From a virus (lineage: Duplodnaviria > Caudoviricetes), in the IMG/VR virus record IMGVR_UViG_3300014933_000403, positions 1 through 63,981 of that record: DNA of 63,981 bases. One strand, written 5' to 3'. Below, one piece after another: positions 33,865 to 44,040 of this stretch. Numbering within the stretch: the first letter of the stretch is position 1; the number at the start of each line of letters is the position of its first letter. Below the pieces are notes generated by a model. That model was given only the letters and a program-made list of their open reading frames with translations, was not told where the DNA came from and made no database searches. Position numbers and translations under genes: made by a program.

Positions 33865-36800
33865 ATGGGACCACAGACTCAATCTTTACGGCTACTAGGA
33901 ATGATGGATTACGACACCCCAAACGAGGTGTGGGTACCTGGCCGCCATAAGGTTGCGAGAAATATTATATTCAAGGGTGAGCCAGGCAACCTTCGAGGAG
34001 AAAAAATACCCGGGAATCGCAAGCTTAACTTTACTCCACCTGCAGGTAATAATGTGAACATCGGAAGATTTTGGGACCCCGTTCAGAAGAGGGTCTTTTT
34101 CTTTAACTATAATAGCAATGGTAATTCTGGAGTATACATCATCAATGATGACGAGAGTATTGTCACGCTGATACAAGACGGTACAAATACTACCGGTATC
34201 CCACTTTCTTTTACAGCAGACGGGGTAATTACTAGCGTAGATATTTTTTATGGCGATGATAACACTGGTGATATTTTATATTTCCTTGATAGCTTGAAAC
34301 GTCCGACTAAGATCAATATCAAAAGTTTCTTGGCTGGAACGTACAATCCTATTATCCGATCTTATATTGATGTAGCTAAAGCACCTCCACAGATGCCTAT
34401 CAAACCTGTGTATGAGAATGATGCTGATGTTACATCCAATCAATTGAGGAATATTTTATTCCAATTCAGCTACCGTTTTGTCTATGATGACAACGAGAAG
34501 TCTGTATGGAGTCAATATTCCATCGTGCCATTACCTTTTCAGCCGTATACCACACTTACGCAGGATGATTATCACTTAAACTCCAGGATCTCATTGTTTA
34601 TGAGCACTGGACCGTCTAACGTGAAAAAGATTGAGGTATCGTTCCGGTATGTGAAAGATGGAATTTTAAGCCCATGGTATCTGATATCAAGCTTTGATAA
34701 GGCAGCCTTGGGTCTTACTAGTAACGATGTATTCTGGTATAAGTTCTATAATAGCGACAATTACATACCTGTAGATCCTTTGGAGCAAAGAGAATTGCAG
34801 TCAATGGTTCCTCAGGAAGCTGCTGCTCAGTCCCTGATCAACGGGAATGTCTTAGCTTACACCAACATAAAAGAAGGCTACAACATTGTAAATGCCAATA
34901 CATCTGTTAACTCGCCTACTGAAAGTGGGAATACTTACTTCTTTGATTACAATGGATTACTGTTCTTTGCAACAATATCAGGTGTCGATAGCGGTGTAGC
35001 AGGCACAAGGATTAAAATTTACGTAGCAGGCACCGGTACGAATGTTAGTGGTACCGTAAGTGTATTCAATAATAGTGCAGCCTACTATAAAATAAATATG
35101 GTTGATGGGGCAGGTGCTGATAAAAGTATCAGCTACCTAGAGTCGGCATCGGTTCAAACAGTGAATGCCGTTCTTGCTGCTGTGTCTGGGTTGTTAGTAG
35201 CAGAAGGGTTTACTCAGGTATCTTTAGTGGATAATGTATTGATCGTAAGCTATCCAACAGCGATTACACTTTATTCTTCTGGAACTAGCACAACCGGTAC
35301 AGGGTTCGCATCACCTGTTAATGCCGCCACAACCAAATTTTCATACGCATTCCAATCTGCCTACACATTTGGTCAGATGTATTTTGACGAAGCGGGTAGG
35401 ACAAACGGTGCTGTAATAGCTGCAGGCGGTACATTCCAGACTGCTTTAGATAACGGGTCACAGAATATGTCACCTCAGTTAGTGATCAATCAACGTCCAC
35501 CTAAATGGGCTAGATCATGGGTGCCCGTAAGAACTCCGAACCTTACTTATTCCAAACGCCTGAACTGGGTGACCAATGGTGCTTACTCTGATGCTCAGGC
35601 TAATATTCTTGGGGTTAGATACGCTTATCTAGAGATTGATAATATCCGTCAGTATAATGAATTGATTCATGCTACCGAAGGGGTTGTTTCATACGGGTTC
35701 ACTCCTGGAGATCGTGTACGCATATCAGGTAGGTTTGCAGCTACCGGTGCTCCTGCTACATTGAATGCTACTTACGACTATGAAGTGTTGGGTGTTGTGA
35801 ATAGTTTCGTGGTAGATGGTATCACTAAGATTGGGACGTTTGTCCAAATATATTACCCTACTGCCGATATAGATGCCAACTTTAAGTTTGACGGCGCTGG
35901 TAATTTCCAGAACTACCAGATTCTTTTATATTCTTTGGCTAAACACCAAAATGCCACCAACCAGATATACTTTGAGTGTGGTAAGGCATTTGGTATAGGT
36001 AACCCAGGCACTGACCAGGCATATCATATTGGGTTGGAACAAACGCAGAGCGCTGATCTTGTCACACCGGCTAAGGTTACTCTTGCCAATGGAGATATGT
36101 TCGCTCGCCAGAGGGTCGTTTTTATAGGTCGTTCCGCAGTACTTAGTGCTGTTCCGATCGGGAATGGATTTTACTATGTGCGTCCTGAACTTACTATACC
36201 TACGACAATCACTAACGCAGTGTACACTCTGCAAGCTGCTACCGGTGCACAGGCAAACCCCCCACTGGTGCCTAGCTATGACCCTGCTGCTAATTTCTTC
36301 CTTAATAATTCAGTCAACCCTATAACTGTAAGGTTGAGGGCTAGCATTCCAATAACAGTTGACCTTGCTTTAAATGCATCTGTTCTGGCTACCATCAGTA
36401 CGCCTGGCCCTGTTGAGAAAGTGATCACACTTGTGAATCCGATCGCTATGAGTCCATCTGTTGGCTATACGGTAGAGGTTGATTCATATGTTACCGTTCC
36501 TCCAAGCGGTTATCTTAACATGCTTTTGGTAAACAGTGCCAATGTCGTGAACATGAACATAGGATCGTACAGTCTGACTGTTGATGTGATATTGAATGTT
36601 ACTATACCAATCATAGAAACCAGCTTCAGTGACGTATACAATATGATGATCAATAGCAATGGCCGTCCATCTGTATATGACCCTAACGCAAAGCAGGTTA
36701 CTGATGGTGTTTTGTTCCGGTACAGTCGACCGTATGATTTCGGAACAAATTTTAACGGGATGAGTATGTTTTACCCGCTCAACTATGATCGCTTTGATGA

Positions 36801-37830
36801 TTCATTTGGCCCTGTTATCCGTACCAGGATCAATCAAAATGAATTGAGGGTATTCCAGAAGGTTCGGGTTGGAAGAGTTGGTATATATGCTAGGTTCATC
36901 AAGAACAACGCAGGTGATACAACATTGATCACTTCTGATACTATCATCACGCCAAATAATATTGAGTACTATATTGGGGACTTCGGTTTATCGATACCTA
37001 GTTCTTTGGTTAGCAATGGCAATGTAGACTACTTCCCAGCAATTAATAAAGGAGTGTGGGTTAGGTTAAGCCAAGACGGTATGACACCTATCTCTGAGAT
37101 ATATCATATGCAGACATGGGCAGGGAATGTTTTACCTGCTTATAATACAGATACGGCTTACCAGTACGGTGGCATTGCTCGCATATGGGGTACGTTTAAT
37201 TACTTGAAAGATCGCCATGGGGAGGTTATATTCTCTCTTCAGGGTGGCGGCAGTAAAGTTCCGTACGCATTATCATTTGATGAAAAAGAGAATGCGTTTA
37301 GTTCTTTTTATGATTTCCAATCAGAAGCAATTCAGTCGGATAACATCGTTTGTGCCGGAAACAAGTTGATCACCTGGCAGGCAGGTATCCCGTATGTGCA
37401 TGATGATGTCGGAACAAACAGAAGATTCTATGGTTCTGGGTTCTTCCCATCCATTGATCTTGTGTTCAATGATAACCCAAATGTTAAAAAAGAATTCACT
37501 ACTGTCGGGTATGCTTCACCAATACAAAGCCAGGACTTATCTGAGCCTAGTGTGCCGCTGTGGGATGCACCGGTTATCGGTGATATATACACTGCATTGA
37601 ACCAACAAAGCAATTTGATATATGGTGACTTTGAGGCGAGGGAAAATATGTATTACGCAGCGTTCTGGAGAGCGGCCGTGTACAGCAATGTGTACAATGT
37701 TTATGATGTCTGGTCTGGAGATTACCTGAAAGGATTGTGGTTGCAAATGCACCTGAGATGTGGAACATATGGAGCAACTCATATCTTCTCACCGTTCGTC
37801 AATTACCTGGTATCACCAAAAGTCCTTTAA
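33865..37830 (+). CDS. Tail muzzle/stabilisation protein, crAss-like
   Basis: 1321 aa, beta-rich; GMMDYD...ARNI, P.KINI, FSYRFVYDDNEKS.WS, NVLAY.N.KEGY, RLSQDGMTPIS, LSFDE..NAFSSFYDF. Confidence 0.8.
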   Translation: MGPQTQSLRLLGMMDYDTPNEVWVPGRHKVARNIIFKGEPGNLRGEKIPGNRKLNFTPPAGNNVNIGRFWDPVQKRVFFFNYNSNGNSGVYIINDDESIVTLIQDGTNTTGIPLSFTADGVITSVDIFYGDDNTGDILYFLDSLKRPTKINIKSFLAGTYNPIIRSYIDVAKAPPQMPIKPVYENDADVTSNQLRNILFQFSYRFVYDDNEKSVWSQYSIVPLPFQPYTTLTQDDYHLNSRISLFMSTGPSNVKKIEVSFRYVKDGILSPWYLISSFDKAALGLTSNDVFWYKFYNSDNYIPVDPLEQRELQSMVPQEAAAQSLINGNVLAYTNIKEGYNIVNANTSVNSPTESGNTYFFDYNGLLFFATISGVDSGVAGTRIKIYVAGTGTNVSGTVSVFNNSAAYYKINMVDGAGADKSISYLESASVQTVNAVLAAVSGLLVAEGFTQVSLVDNVLIVSYPTAITLYSSGTSTTGTGFASPVNAATTKFSYAFQSAYTFGQMYFDEAGRTNGAVIAAGGTFQTALDNGSQNMSPQLVINQRPPKWARSWVPVRTPNLTYSKRLNWVTNGAYSDAQANILGVRYAYLEIDNIRQYNELIHATEGVVSYGFTPGDRVRISGRFAATGAPATLNATYDYEVLGVVNSFVVDGITKIGTFVQIYYPTADIDANFKFDGAGNFQNYQILLYSLAKHQNATNQIYFECGKAFGIGNPGTDQAYHIGLEQTQSADLVTPAKVTLANGDMFARQRVVFIGRSAVLSAVPIGNGFYYVRPELTIPTTITNAVYTLQAATGAQANPPLVPSYDPAANFFLNNSVNPITVRLRASIPITVDLALNASVLATISTPGPVEKVITLVNPIAMSPSVGYTVEVDSYVTVPPSGYLNMLLVNSANVVNMNIGSYSLTVDVILNVTIPIIETSFSDVYNMMINSNGRPSVYDPNAKQVTDGVLFRYSRPYDFGTNFNGMSMFYPLNYDRFDDSFGPVIRTRINQNELRVFQKVRVGRVGIYARFIKNNAGDTTLITSDTIITPNNIEYYIGDFGLSIPSSLVSNGNVDYFPAINKGVWVRLSQDGMTPISEIYHMQTWAGNVLPAYNTDTAYQYGGIARIWGTFNYLKDRHGEVIFSLQGGGSKVPYALSFDEKENAFSSFYDFQSEAIQSDNIVCAGNKLITWQAGIPYVHDDVGTNRRFYGSGFFPSIDLVFNDNPNVKKEFTTVGYASPIQSQDLSEPSVPLWDAPVIGDIYTALNQQSNLIYGDFEARENMYYAAFWRAAVYSNVYNVYDVWSGDYLKGLWLQMHLRCGTYGATHIFSPFVNYLVSPKVL

Positions 37831-37873
37831 CAATGAGAGAGATTTCGTTACTTTACTATATAAATCATTCATT

Positions 37874-38560
37874 ATGCCACTCCCATTATTAATCCCAGCT
37901 GCAATGGCAGCTTACAACCTGATCTCTGGGGCTGTAAAGAAAGGGAAGGCTAATAAGCTTGCAAAAGAAAATAAACGCCCTACAGCTGTTATACCTGATG
38001 AGGTAAAAATAAATCAGCAGATATCAAGAGATATGGCTCAGGAAGGTCTTCCTGCAGCCCAATACGCAAAGGCTCAACAAGAGATTGAAAAAAGTGCTGC
38101 AGCAGCTACCGGTGCTGCTACCGAAAGGAAGGGCGGTCTAGCTACTGTAAGTACTATCCAAGCTAATACTGACGCAGCTAAGAGTAATCTAGTGGCTCAG
38201 GACGCTGCTGCTAGGGTGGGGAATATAAAGAACATGATGTCACGTAACGATGTCACCGCCCAATGGAAAGATAAAGTGTGGGATTACAACGAACGTCAAA
38301 AATACGAAGAGAATGCTGCTGCAATACGTGGTTTAAGGGGTGCTGCTGCTGCTGATACTAATACTGGCTTAGAGATGGGCGCTAGCACTGCTGCTATGGC
38401 ACTGGAGTCTTTTGGAGGGAAAGGAAGTTCAGATGGGGCTATGAGTATACTTGGTGGTAAAAAATCAGCATCGGGTGGTGGTGGCGGCAGTTCACAAGAT
38501 ATCTTATCAAAATTAGACCCTGCTACGATAGCTAAACTACTACCTCTTTTAGGGTTATAA
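37874..38560 (+). CDS. Internal virion/ejection (cargo) protein 1
   Basis: A/G/Q-rich helical protein with a hydrophobic N-terminus, right after the muzzle gene; start refined. Confidence 0.65.
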   Translation: MPLPLLIPAAMAAYNLISGAVKKGKANKLAKENKRPTAVIPDEVKINQQISRDMAQEGLPAAQYAKAQQEIEKSAAAATGAATERKGGLATVSTIQANTDAAKSNLVAQDAAARVGNIKNMMSRNDVTAQWKDKVWDYNERQKYEENAAAIRGLRGAAAADTNTGLEMGASTAAMALESFGGKGSSDGAMSILGGKKSASGGGGGSSQDILSKLDPATIAKLLPLLGL

Positions 38561-38572
38561 AAAACAATAACA

Positions 38573-40228
38573 ATGGCTGATAATTTCTCAGGATTAAACG
38601 TTTCAACAGGGCAGGGCGAAGGTGCTGCTCATATCAACCATTGGGAGAACTTCTACAACACTATTGGCCAAATACAACAACGTGATCTAGCTCACCAAAA
38701 AGCTATTGTTGATGCAGCTAATAAGGGTAATCTTGAGATGGGCGAATTAGCTAAAGGATTACGCCCAAAAGATATACCTAAGTTTAAACAATATACTGAT
38801 AAGTTTACTGAAGCTGCTTTAATGGCGGCAAGTAAGGATGTCCAGAAAGACCCACACCAACTTGCCGAGTGGACAAAGAAAAAGAACGATGCCTACACCG
38901 GTGCTATGGCATGGGCGAGTACATCAAAACAGATTGGCGAATTCCGTAGCAAAACAATACCTAGTGCCGTCTTAAAAGATAAGGGTGTTGGCTGGAGGTC
39001 ACCAGAAGAACTGGATGAAATGTATAAGCAGTACGATGATATGGATTCTGATCAAATCACAAAGGCTCAATTAAATACTCCAACAAAATGGGTAATCCCT
39101 GCAGATACATTCCCTAAACAAGATTATGATAAGCATATTTTCGGTGACGTAGTTACTAAACCGGATATGCAGGAAGTAAAAGACCCTTCTGGCCGCACTA
39201 TCGCTAGGGAAACAAAGCAGATACAATCGTACGCACACAATACCCCGACTATCGCAAGTAAGACGGCGCAGGTTATTAATGGTGTAAGGGATGTTCGTCA
39301 AGCAGCTAAGGCTGAATTTGAAAAAGCAGACCCTGCTGTCATTAAACAAACTATGGATGATGCACAGAAGATTGTTGAGGCTGATCCTGACTCGAAGGGA
39401 ATGAAGTTACCTGTAGATTATGTTGGGTACGCCACCGCAAAAAATATTATCCAAGGAAAGCCAAAGGTGGTTGGCACCTCAGCATACGCAGAAGATCCTG
39501 GTTATAAACGTGAGCAGGATGAAGCATTTAAGATGAAGATGGCTGACAAAAATGCAGCAAAGGCTAAGAGCCTTGTTTATTTACATGCGTCACTGGCTAA
39601 AAAAACAGATGCTCCTCAGTCTGTCAACACTCAATTCATGTACGATGCGGCTAGGAATCCAACCAAAGATATTGTGGTGGGTAAAACAGCTAGCGGTAAC
39701 CCAATCTACATGAAGGGGACTCAGATCATTAATAATGCTATCCAAGCCATAGCCGGGGATAATCCTAAGAATGTTGACGGAGTTCAGCTGGACAGGTGGA
39801 CACTGGTTACCGAGGATGGCAGGAGGAGAATTCTGGAGAAGTTACTTCCAGAACTTGATGACACTAAAGGAGTAACAATTGATCAGCTTGCGAAAGGGAA
39901 TCCAAACAACCACAACGAGACAATCCAGGCTATTTTAGATCAGGTAAACTCCAAGTACAAACAGAATATTAAGATGGATGATATCAACAAGTATGCGATA
40001 CCTGTTTTTATCACCAAGAAGTATGTTCCAGACCCGATTAATAGCGGTCAAAAAATGTTAGTACTTACCCCTACATTTATCAACCCGGCTACCAATGATT
40101 TTGGTCAATTCCATAGTGCTATTTCAAATCAGGTTAACACCAAAAAGAAGAATCAGATGAGTACTGAGAACCCGAATTTTATCAGTTTCCTGCAACAGAA
40201 TGCAGGAAATGATGATGACGAGCAATAA
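38573..40228 (+). CDS. Internal virion/ejection protein 2
   Basis: 551-aa helical protein without Cys, in the cargo locus. Confidence 0.55.
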   Translation: MADNFSGLNVSTGQGEGAAHINHWENFYNTIGQIQQRDLAHQKAIVDAANKGNLEMGELAKGLRPKDIPKFKQYTDKFTEAALMAASKDVQKDPHQLAEWTKKKNDAYTGAMAWASTSKQIGEFRSKTIPSAVLKDKGVGWRSPEELDEMYKQYDDMDSDQITKAQLNTPTKWVIPADTFPKQDYDKHIFGDVVTKPDMQEVKDPSGRTIARETKQIQSYAHNTPTIASKTAQVINGVRDVRQAAKAEFEKADPAVIKQTMDDAQKIVEADPDSKGMKLPVDYVGYATAKNIIQGKPKVVGTSAYAEDPGYKREQDEAFKMKMADKNAAKAKSLVYLHASLAKKTDAPQSVNTQFMYDAARNPTKDIVVGKTASGNPIYMKGTQIINNAIQAIAGDNPKNVDGVQLDRWTLVTEDGRRRILEKLLPELDDTKGVTIDQLAKGNPNNHNETIQAILDQVNSKYKQNIKMDDINKYAIPVFITKKYVPDPINSGQKMLVLTPTFINPATNDFGQFHSAISNQVNTKKKNQMSTENPNFISFLQQNAGNDDDEQ

Positions 40229-40261
40229 TAATCTTATTTTTATGGGAGATTCATTCTACCC

Positions 40262-43200
40262 ATGACCGATCCACAAACACAAATAGACGAGGTTACACTA
40301 GATAAACCTATCGCAGGTACTAAGTTTAAGCCTGTGGGCGATGTGCCTGAAGGTATGTTTGATAACAAAATGTCCGATCAGGACTTCGCAGAACTTTTAA
40401 AGAAGCAAAAACCAAAGACTGTTGGCGAGGCTGCCGTCATTGGCATGTCACAATACATGCTTGATCAGAAGAAAAACTACCAAGGAATTAAGAATAATGA
40501 GCAGGTTTCTAATAGGATGATTGCTCAGTCGGCCGACAAACTAAACAAAGTAAATACTCAACAGGTACCCATCGAAGATGATAAGGCAGCAAAGGATTTA
40601 GCTAAACGCCAGGCTGAATTCGAGAGAGACCTGTATGCAGATTATAGTATCCCAGAAGATCAGCGTCATGAAGGATCTATCGTTAAGATGCCAAAAGGCA
40701 TGCGTAGTGATTACGTTGATCACCTAGGCATGAAGAATCCTGCTTGGACTAGAGAATATGTTCAATTGCGTAAAGACCCAGATACCGGTAAATTATCCTG
40801 GCAGGGGTACAACAAGCCTTCTGTAATCAGAGGAGAGAGTGATATTACTATGTTCAGTACCAGGTTTAAGGACGAAGGATTTACTGAGCAGGTTGATGAT
40901 AAGACAGGGCTTAAAAGCAAAGTGCCCACCAAAGAAGTGCAGGCGTTTTGGGATAAGCAGGCTACCGATAAAGATTACAGTGAAGAAGCTACCAGAGCAA
41001 CGAATTTATTGCGTAACATGGAGGCATCAGGCAACTACCGTGTGAGTAAAATGATGGCATCCAACCCTGAGTTATGGAAGAACTTCAAGGCAGAGACAGG
41101 TTTTTTAACTGGGCAGGATCTAAATGAAGGTGGTGCTATGCAGGCTGCCGACAATGCTATCATGAAGACATTTGAGATGGATACGCCATTATCCAAGGTA
41201 GCACCTCATTATGCTCCATGGGCAATCATGGATGCTATTGATAAGCATAACCAGTTCGCAGAATACACCGATAAATATAATCAGGATCAGGATAATATAT
41301 CAGCAAAACTTCGGTTAGCAGGAGAGCCTTCGCTTTACCAAAAAATGCCGGAGGCTTTCGACAGGTTGCACGAGATCGAAGCACAGATGATGCGTGATCC
41401 TAAAAGTGTATCCCCGGCAGACCAGAAACAGTACAACGCCATCAAGCTTGAGCTGACCAAACACACTCTGGAAACCATGAAGGATTCTCCTCTGTCTGCT
41501 GCGTTTAAAATGAAGGCTGCTGAATACAAGGTGAAGAATGATCAGCATTTAAAAGATATTGAATTACTCGGCACACCCGATGGCCAGGCTGCACTCTCCC
41601 TGTTATCCAAACAGGCAAAAGGATATGAGATGTCGCAAAGGCTGCCAGATTACTTCCCGGGTATGAAACAGGCAGAAAAAGAGCAGAAAGCTATCGATGA
41701 GAAAGGGGATTACTTTTCTTCTATAAAAACATTCCTGAGAGGAGTGCGTAATTCTACCGAGTCAATCAGGTCAGGAATCATGCGTGATATCGGGTTTACT
41801 GAAGACCAGATTGGGAAAGAAATTTCTGGTGAAAAAAAGTCAGAACTTGATTTAAGAACTCCTATACGTGCAGGTAATACCGCATGGGAGAAGTTAGCAA
41901 ATTTCTCAGACGGCTTGGGTGAAATGGCTGGTGGGTTAGCCCCGGTGATGGCTATGACCATGGCTGTCGGAGGCGGTTCTATTAGCGGCACCATACCTTT
42001 TATTCTACGGGAAGGTGTCCCATTCTTTCTACAAGGGCAGAACGATTATTACCGTGAGGCTAGAGCCAACGGGTTGGATAATGTAACCGCCCACTTAAAA
42101 GGAATTCTTGGCGGTTCTGCGTTAGTACTCAGCCAAAGTATTCTTCCAAAAGGAAAACTACTTGACCATGGCGTTATCAATAAGGAAATTGAAGAGGTGA
42201 TCAAGAAGGGTGTGGTTGATAAATCAGCACTTGAAAGTTTTTATTCAAAGTTCATATCTTCTGGTATCCACGCAACTGGTGCCGGCGCTGCCATCACTAC
42301 CGCTAACGGCATGGCTGATTGGGCTATGAATAGCTACATCAATATGCAGAAAGGGACGAAGCTTCCTGCCGACCAGCTTGAGCCAGGCAAGATTTCTGAG
42401 TCTGCACTGATGTTTGGTGTGATGGGATCGATTATGAATGGGGTCTCCTCATTTGGAGACAAGTCTGCAGCACGATCTATGGTGCTAAAGATGGCAGAAG
42501 ATCATCCGCTTACCACTCTCCGGGCCATAGATGACGCAATTACCATTTCAAAAACAGATGCATCTTATAACGAGACCGCACTGCAGCGAATGAAAAAGGA
42601 TGTGTCTGAGGCTATACAGATGAGTTACCCGGAAAGCTTTACCAAGGAACAAAGAATAGCAACGTTCGACCTGATCAAGAAAAAAGAAGAACTACAACAG
42701 GAGCAATCAACGGTAGGCTCTGAATTTAAAGGATCATTTGAGCAGAAGATTAAGGCAATTGATGATAAAATAAAAGAGGTAGCCGACAAACCAGAATCGG
42801 CACAAAAACATTTGGATGAGGTATCCGACCCATTATATAAAAAACTTGAATCAGAAGGCTACTTTGATGTTCCATCTAAGAAGGAAGAGAAGAAAGCTGA
42901 AGACCAATCAAAAAAAGAAGCAGCTGTGGCCAAGTCGGAGTCGGCCCCTGTATTGATTCGCCATGGCGAAACTGATTCAAACAAGCTAGGCCTTACCGGT
43001 GCAGCTGATGATCCATTGAATGAGAAGGGCAAAGTGCAGGCTGAAAAGCTTGGCGAAGAATTGGCGGCAAGTGGGATTAAGAACGTTGTTACGTCACCAA
43101 TGACCCGGGCACAGGAAACAGCTGAAGCGATTGTTGGGAAGACAGGTGGCGAGGTGGTTACTAATGATAAGCTTGCCGAGTGGAATACTGGTGCAGATAA

Positions 43201-43654
43201 AACACCAATCTCTGAATTCGATACCAAATATTGGGTTAACCATCCAGATGAAGCACCTCCCGGTGGTGAAAGTTTTAACCAGTTCAAAGGAAGGGTGCAG
43301 TCGGCCAGAGATGAGATATCGGGTTTGAATAAAGAAACTGCTGTGGTTACCCACGGTAAGGTTCTTAAAATGATGGACGCTCTTGATCATAACAATGGGG
43401 AGTGGAATGAGAAAGCAAAGGCTGAGTTTTTGAAGGATAAAGATTTTGAGAATGCCACCCCGTACAAGGATGGGAAGAAATTCTCGCCAGAAAAAGTTGA
43501 GGTAGAGAAAACCATCGATGATAAGATTCAGGAGAAGCATGGCCGCACACCAGAAGAAATTATTAAACAAATGAAGGAAGAAGGTTCTCTTAAAATCAAA
43601 TGCCCTCCAGGATCAAAAAGAAAAATGCCACTCAGAGAAATCGTTAAATCATGA
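40262..43654 (+). CDS. Large ejection/polyvalent protein with a C-terminal histidine phosphatase domain
   Basis: G/A-rich hydrophobic central helices; IRHGET...SPMTRAQETA...LAEWNTG...GGES...VVTHG. Confidence 0.8.
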   Translation: MTDPQTQIDEVTLDKPIAGTKFKPVGDVPEGMFDNKMSDQDFAELLKKQKPKTVGEAAVIGMSQYMLDQKKNYQGIKNNEQVSNRMIAQSADKLNKVNTQQVPIEDDKAAKDLAKRQAEFERDLYADYSIPEDQRHEGSIVKMPKGMRSDYVDHLGMKNPAWTREYVQLRKDPDTGKLSWQGYNKPSVIRGESDITMFSTRFKDEGFTEQVDDKTGLKSKVPTKEVQAFWDKQATDKDYSEEATRATNLLRNMEASGNYRVSKMMASNPELWKNFKAETGFLTGQDLNEGGAMQAADNAIMKTFEMDTPLSKVAPHYAPWAIMDAIDKHNQFAEYTDKYNQDQDNISAKLRLAGEPSLYQKMPEAFDRLHEIEAQMMRDPKSVSPADQKQYNAIKLELTKHTLETMKDSPLSAAFKMKAAEYKVKNDQHLKDIELLGTPDGQAALSLLSKQAKGYEMSQRLPDYFPGMKQAEKEQKAIDEKGDYFSSIKTFLRGVRNSTESIRSGIMRDIGFTEDQIGKEISGEKKSELDLRTPIRAGNTAWEKLANFSDGLGEMAGGLAPVMAMTMAVGGGSISGTIPFILREGVPFFLQGQNDYYREARANGLDNVTAHLKGILGGSALVLSQSILPKGKLLDHGVINKEIEEVIKKGVVDKSALESFYSKFISSGIHATGAGAAITTANGMADWAMNSYINMQKGTKLPADQLEPGKISESALMFGVMGSIMNGVSSFGDKSAARSMVLKMAEDHPLTTLRAIDDAITISKTDASYNETALQRMKKDVSEAIQMSYPESFTKEQRIATFDLIKKKEELQQEQSTVGSEFKGSFEQKIKAIDDKIKEVADKPESAQKHLDEVSDPLYKKLESEGYFDVPSKKEEKKAEDQSKKEAAVAKSESAPVLIRHGETDSNKLGLTGAADDPLNEKGKVQAEKLGEELAASGIKNVVTSPMTRAQETAEAIVGKTGGEVVTNDKLAEWNTGADKTPISEFDTKYWVNHPDEAPPGGESFNQFKGRVQSARDEISGLNKETAVVTHGKVLKMMDALDHNNGEWNEKAKAEFLKDKDFENATPYKDGKKFSPEKVEVEKTIDDKIQEKHGRTPEEIIKQMKEEGSLKIKCPPGSKRKMPLREIVKS

Positions 43655-44040
43655 TAGAAATACACATCAAGTCAATACCTAAAAGCCAGCACAGATATGA
43701 AACATGTGGTGACTATTTTTATGATGCTGATGGTGTATTACAAATCAGAGTTACAGAGATGGGTAACTCATTCTACGAGACCGCAGTAGCAATCCACGAA
43801 ATGTTTGAAGAGGTATTAACAAAATTTCGTGGACTATCTGAACAAGAGATCATGGATTTCGATCTGTATTATGAGAAGAGAAGGGAATTGGGATTAGTCC
43901 CAGAAAACTCTGAACCAGGCTTTTCTAATGAGGCCCCGTATATGAAAGAGCATATTGCAGCACAAGCAGTTGAAATGCAGATGTTCGCTATGGCTGGTCT
44001 GTCTTGGGCTGATTATGAACAAAAAATAGACTCGTTATGA
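43651..44040 (+). CDS. Small putative metal-binding enzyme (HExxE)
   Basis: RYETCGDY, AVAIHEMFE, EPG, APYMKEH; ATGA-coupled to both neighbours. Confidence 0.55.
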   Translation: MIEIHIKSIPKSQHRYETCGDYFYDADGVLQIRVTEMGNSFYETAVAIHEMFEEVLTKFRGLSEQEIMDFDLYYEKRRELGLVPENSEPGFSNEAPYMKEHIAAQAVEMQMFAMAGLSWADYEQKIDSL

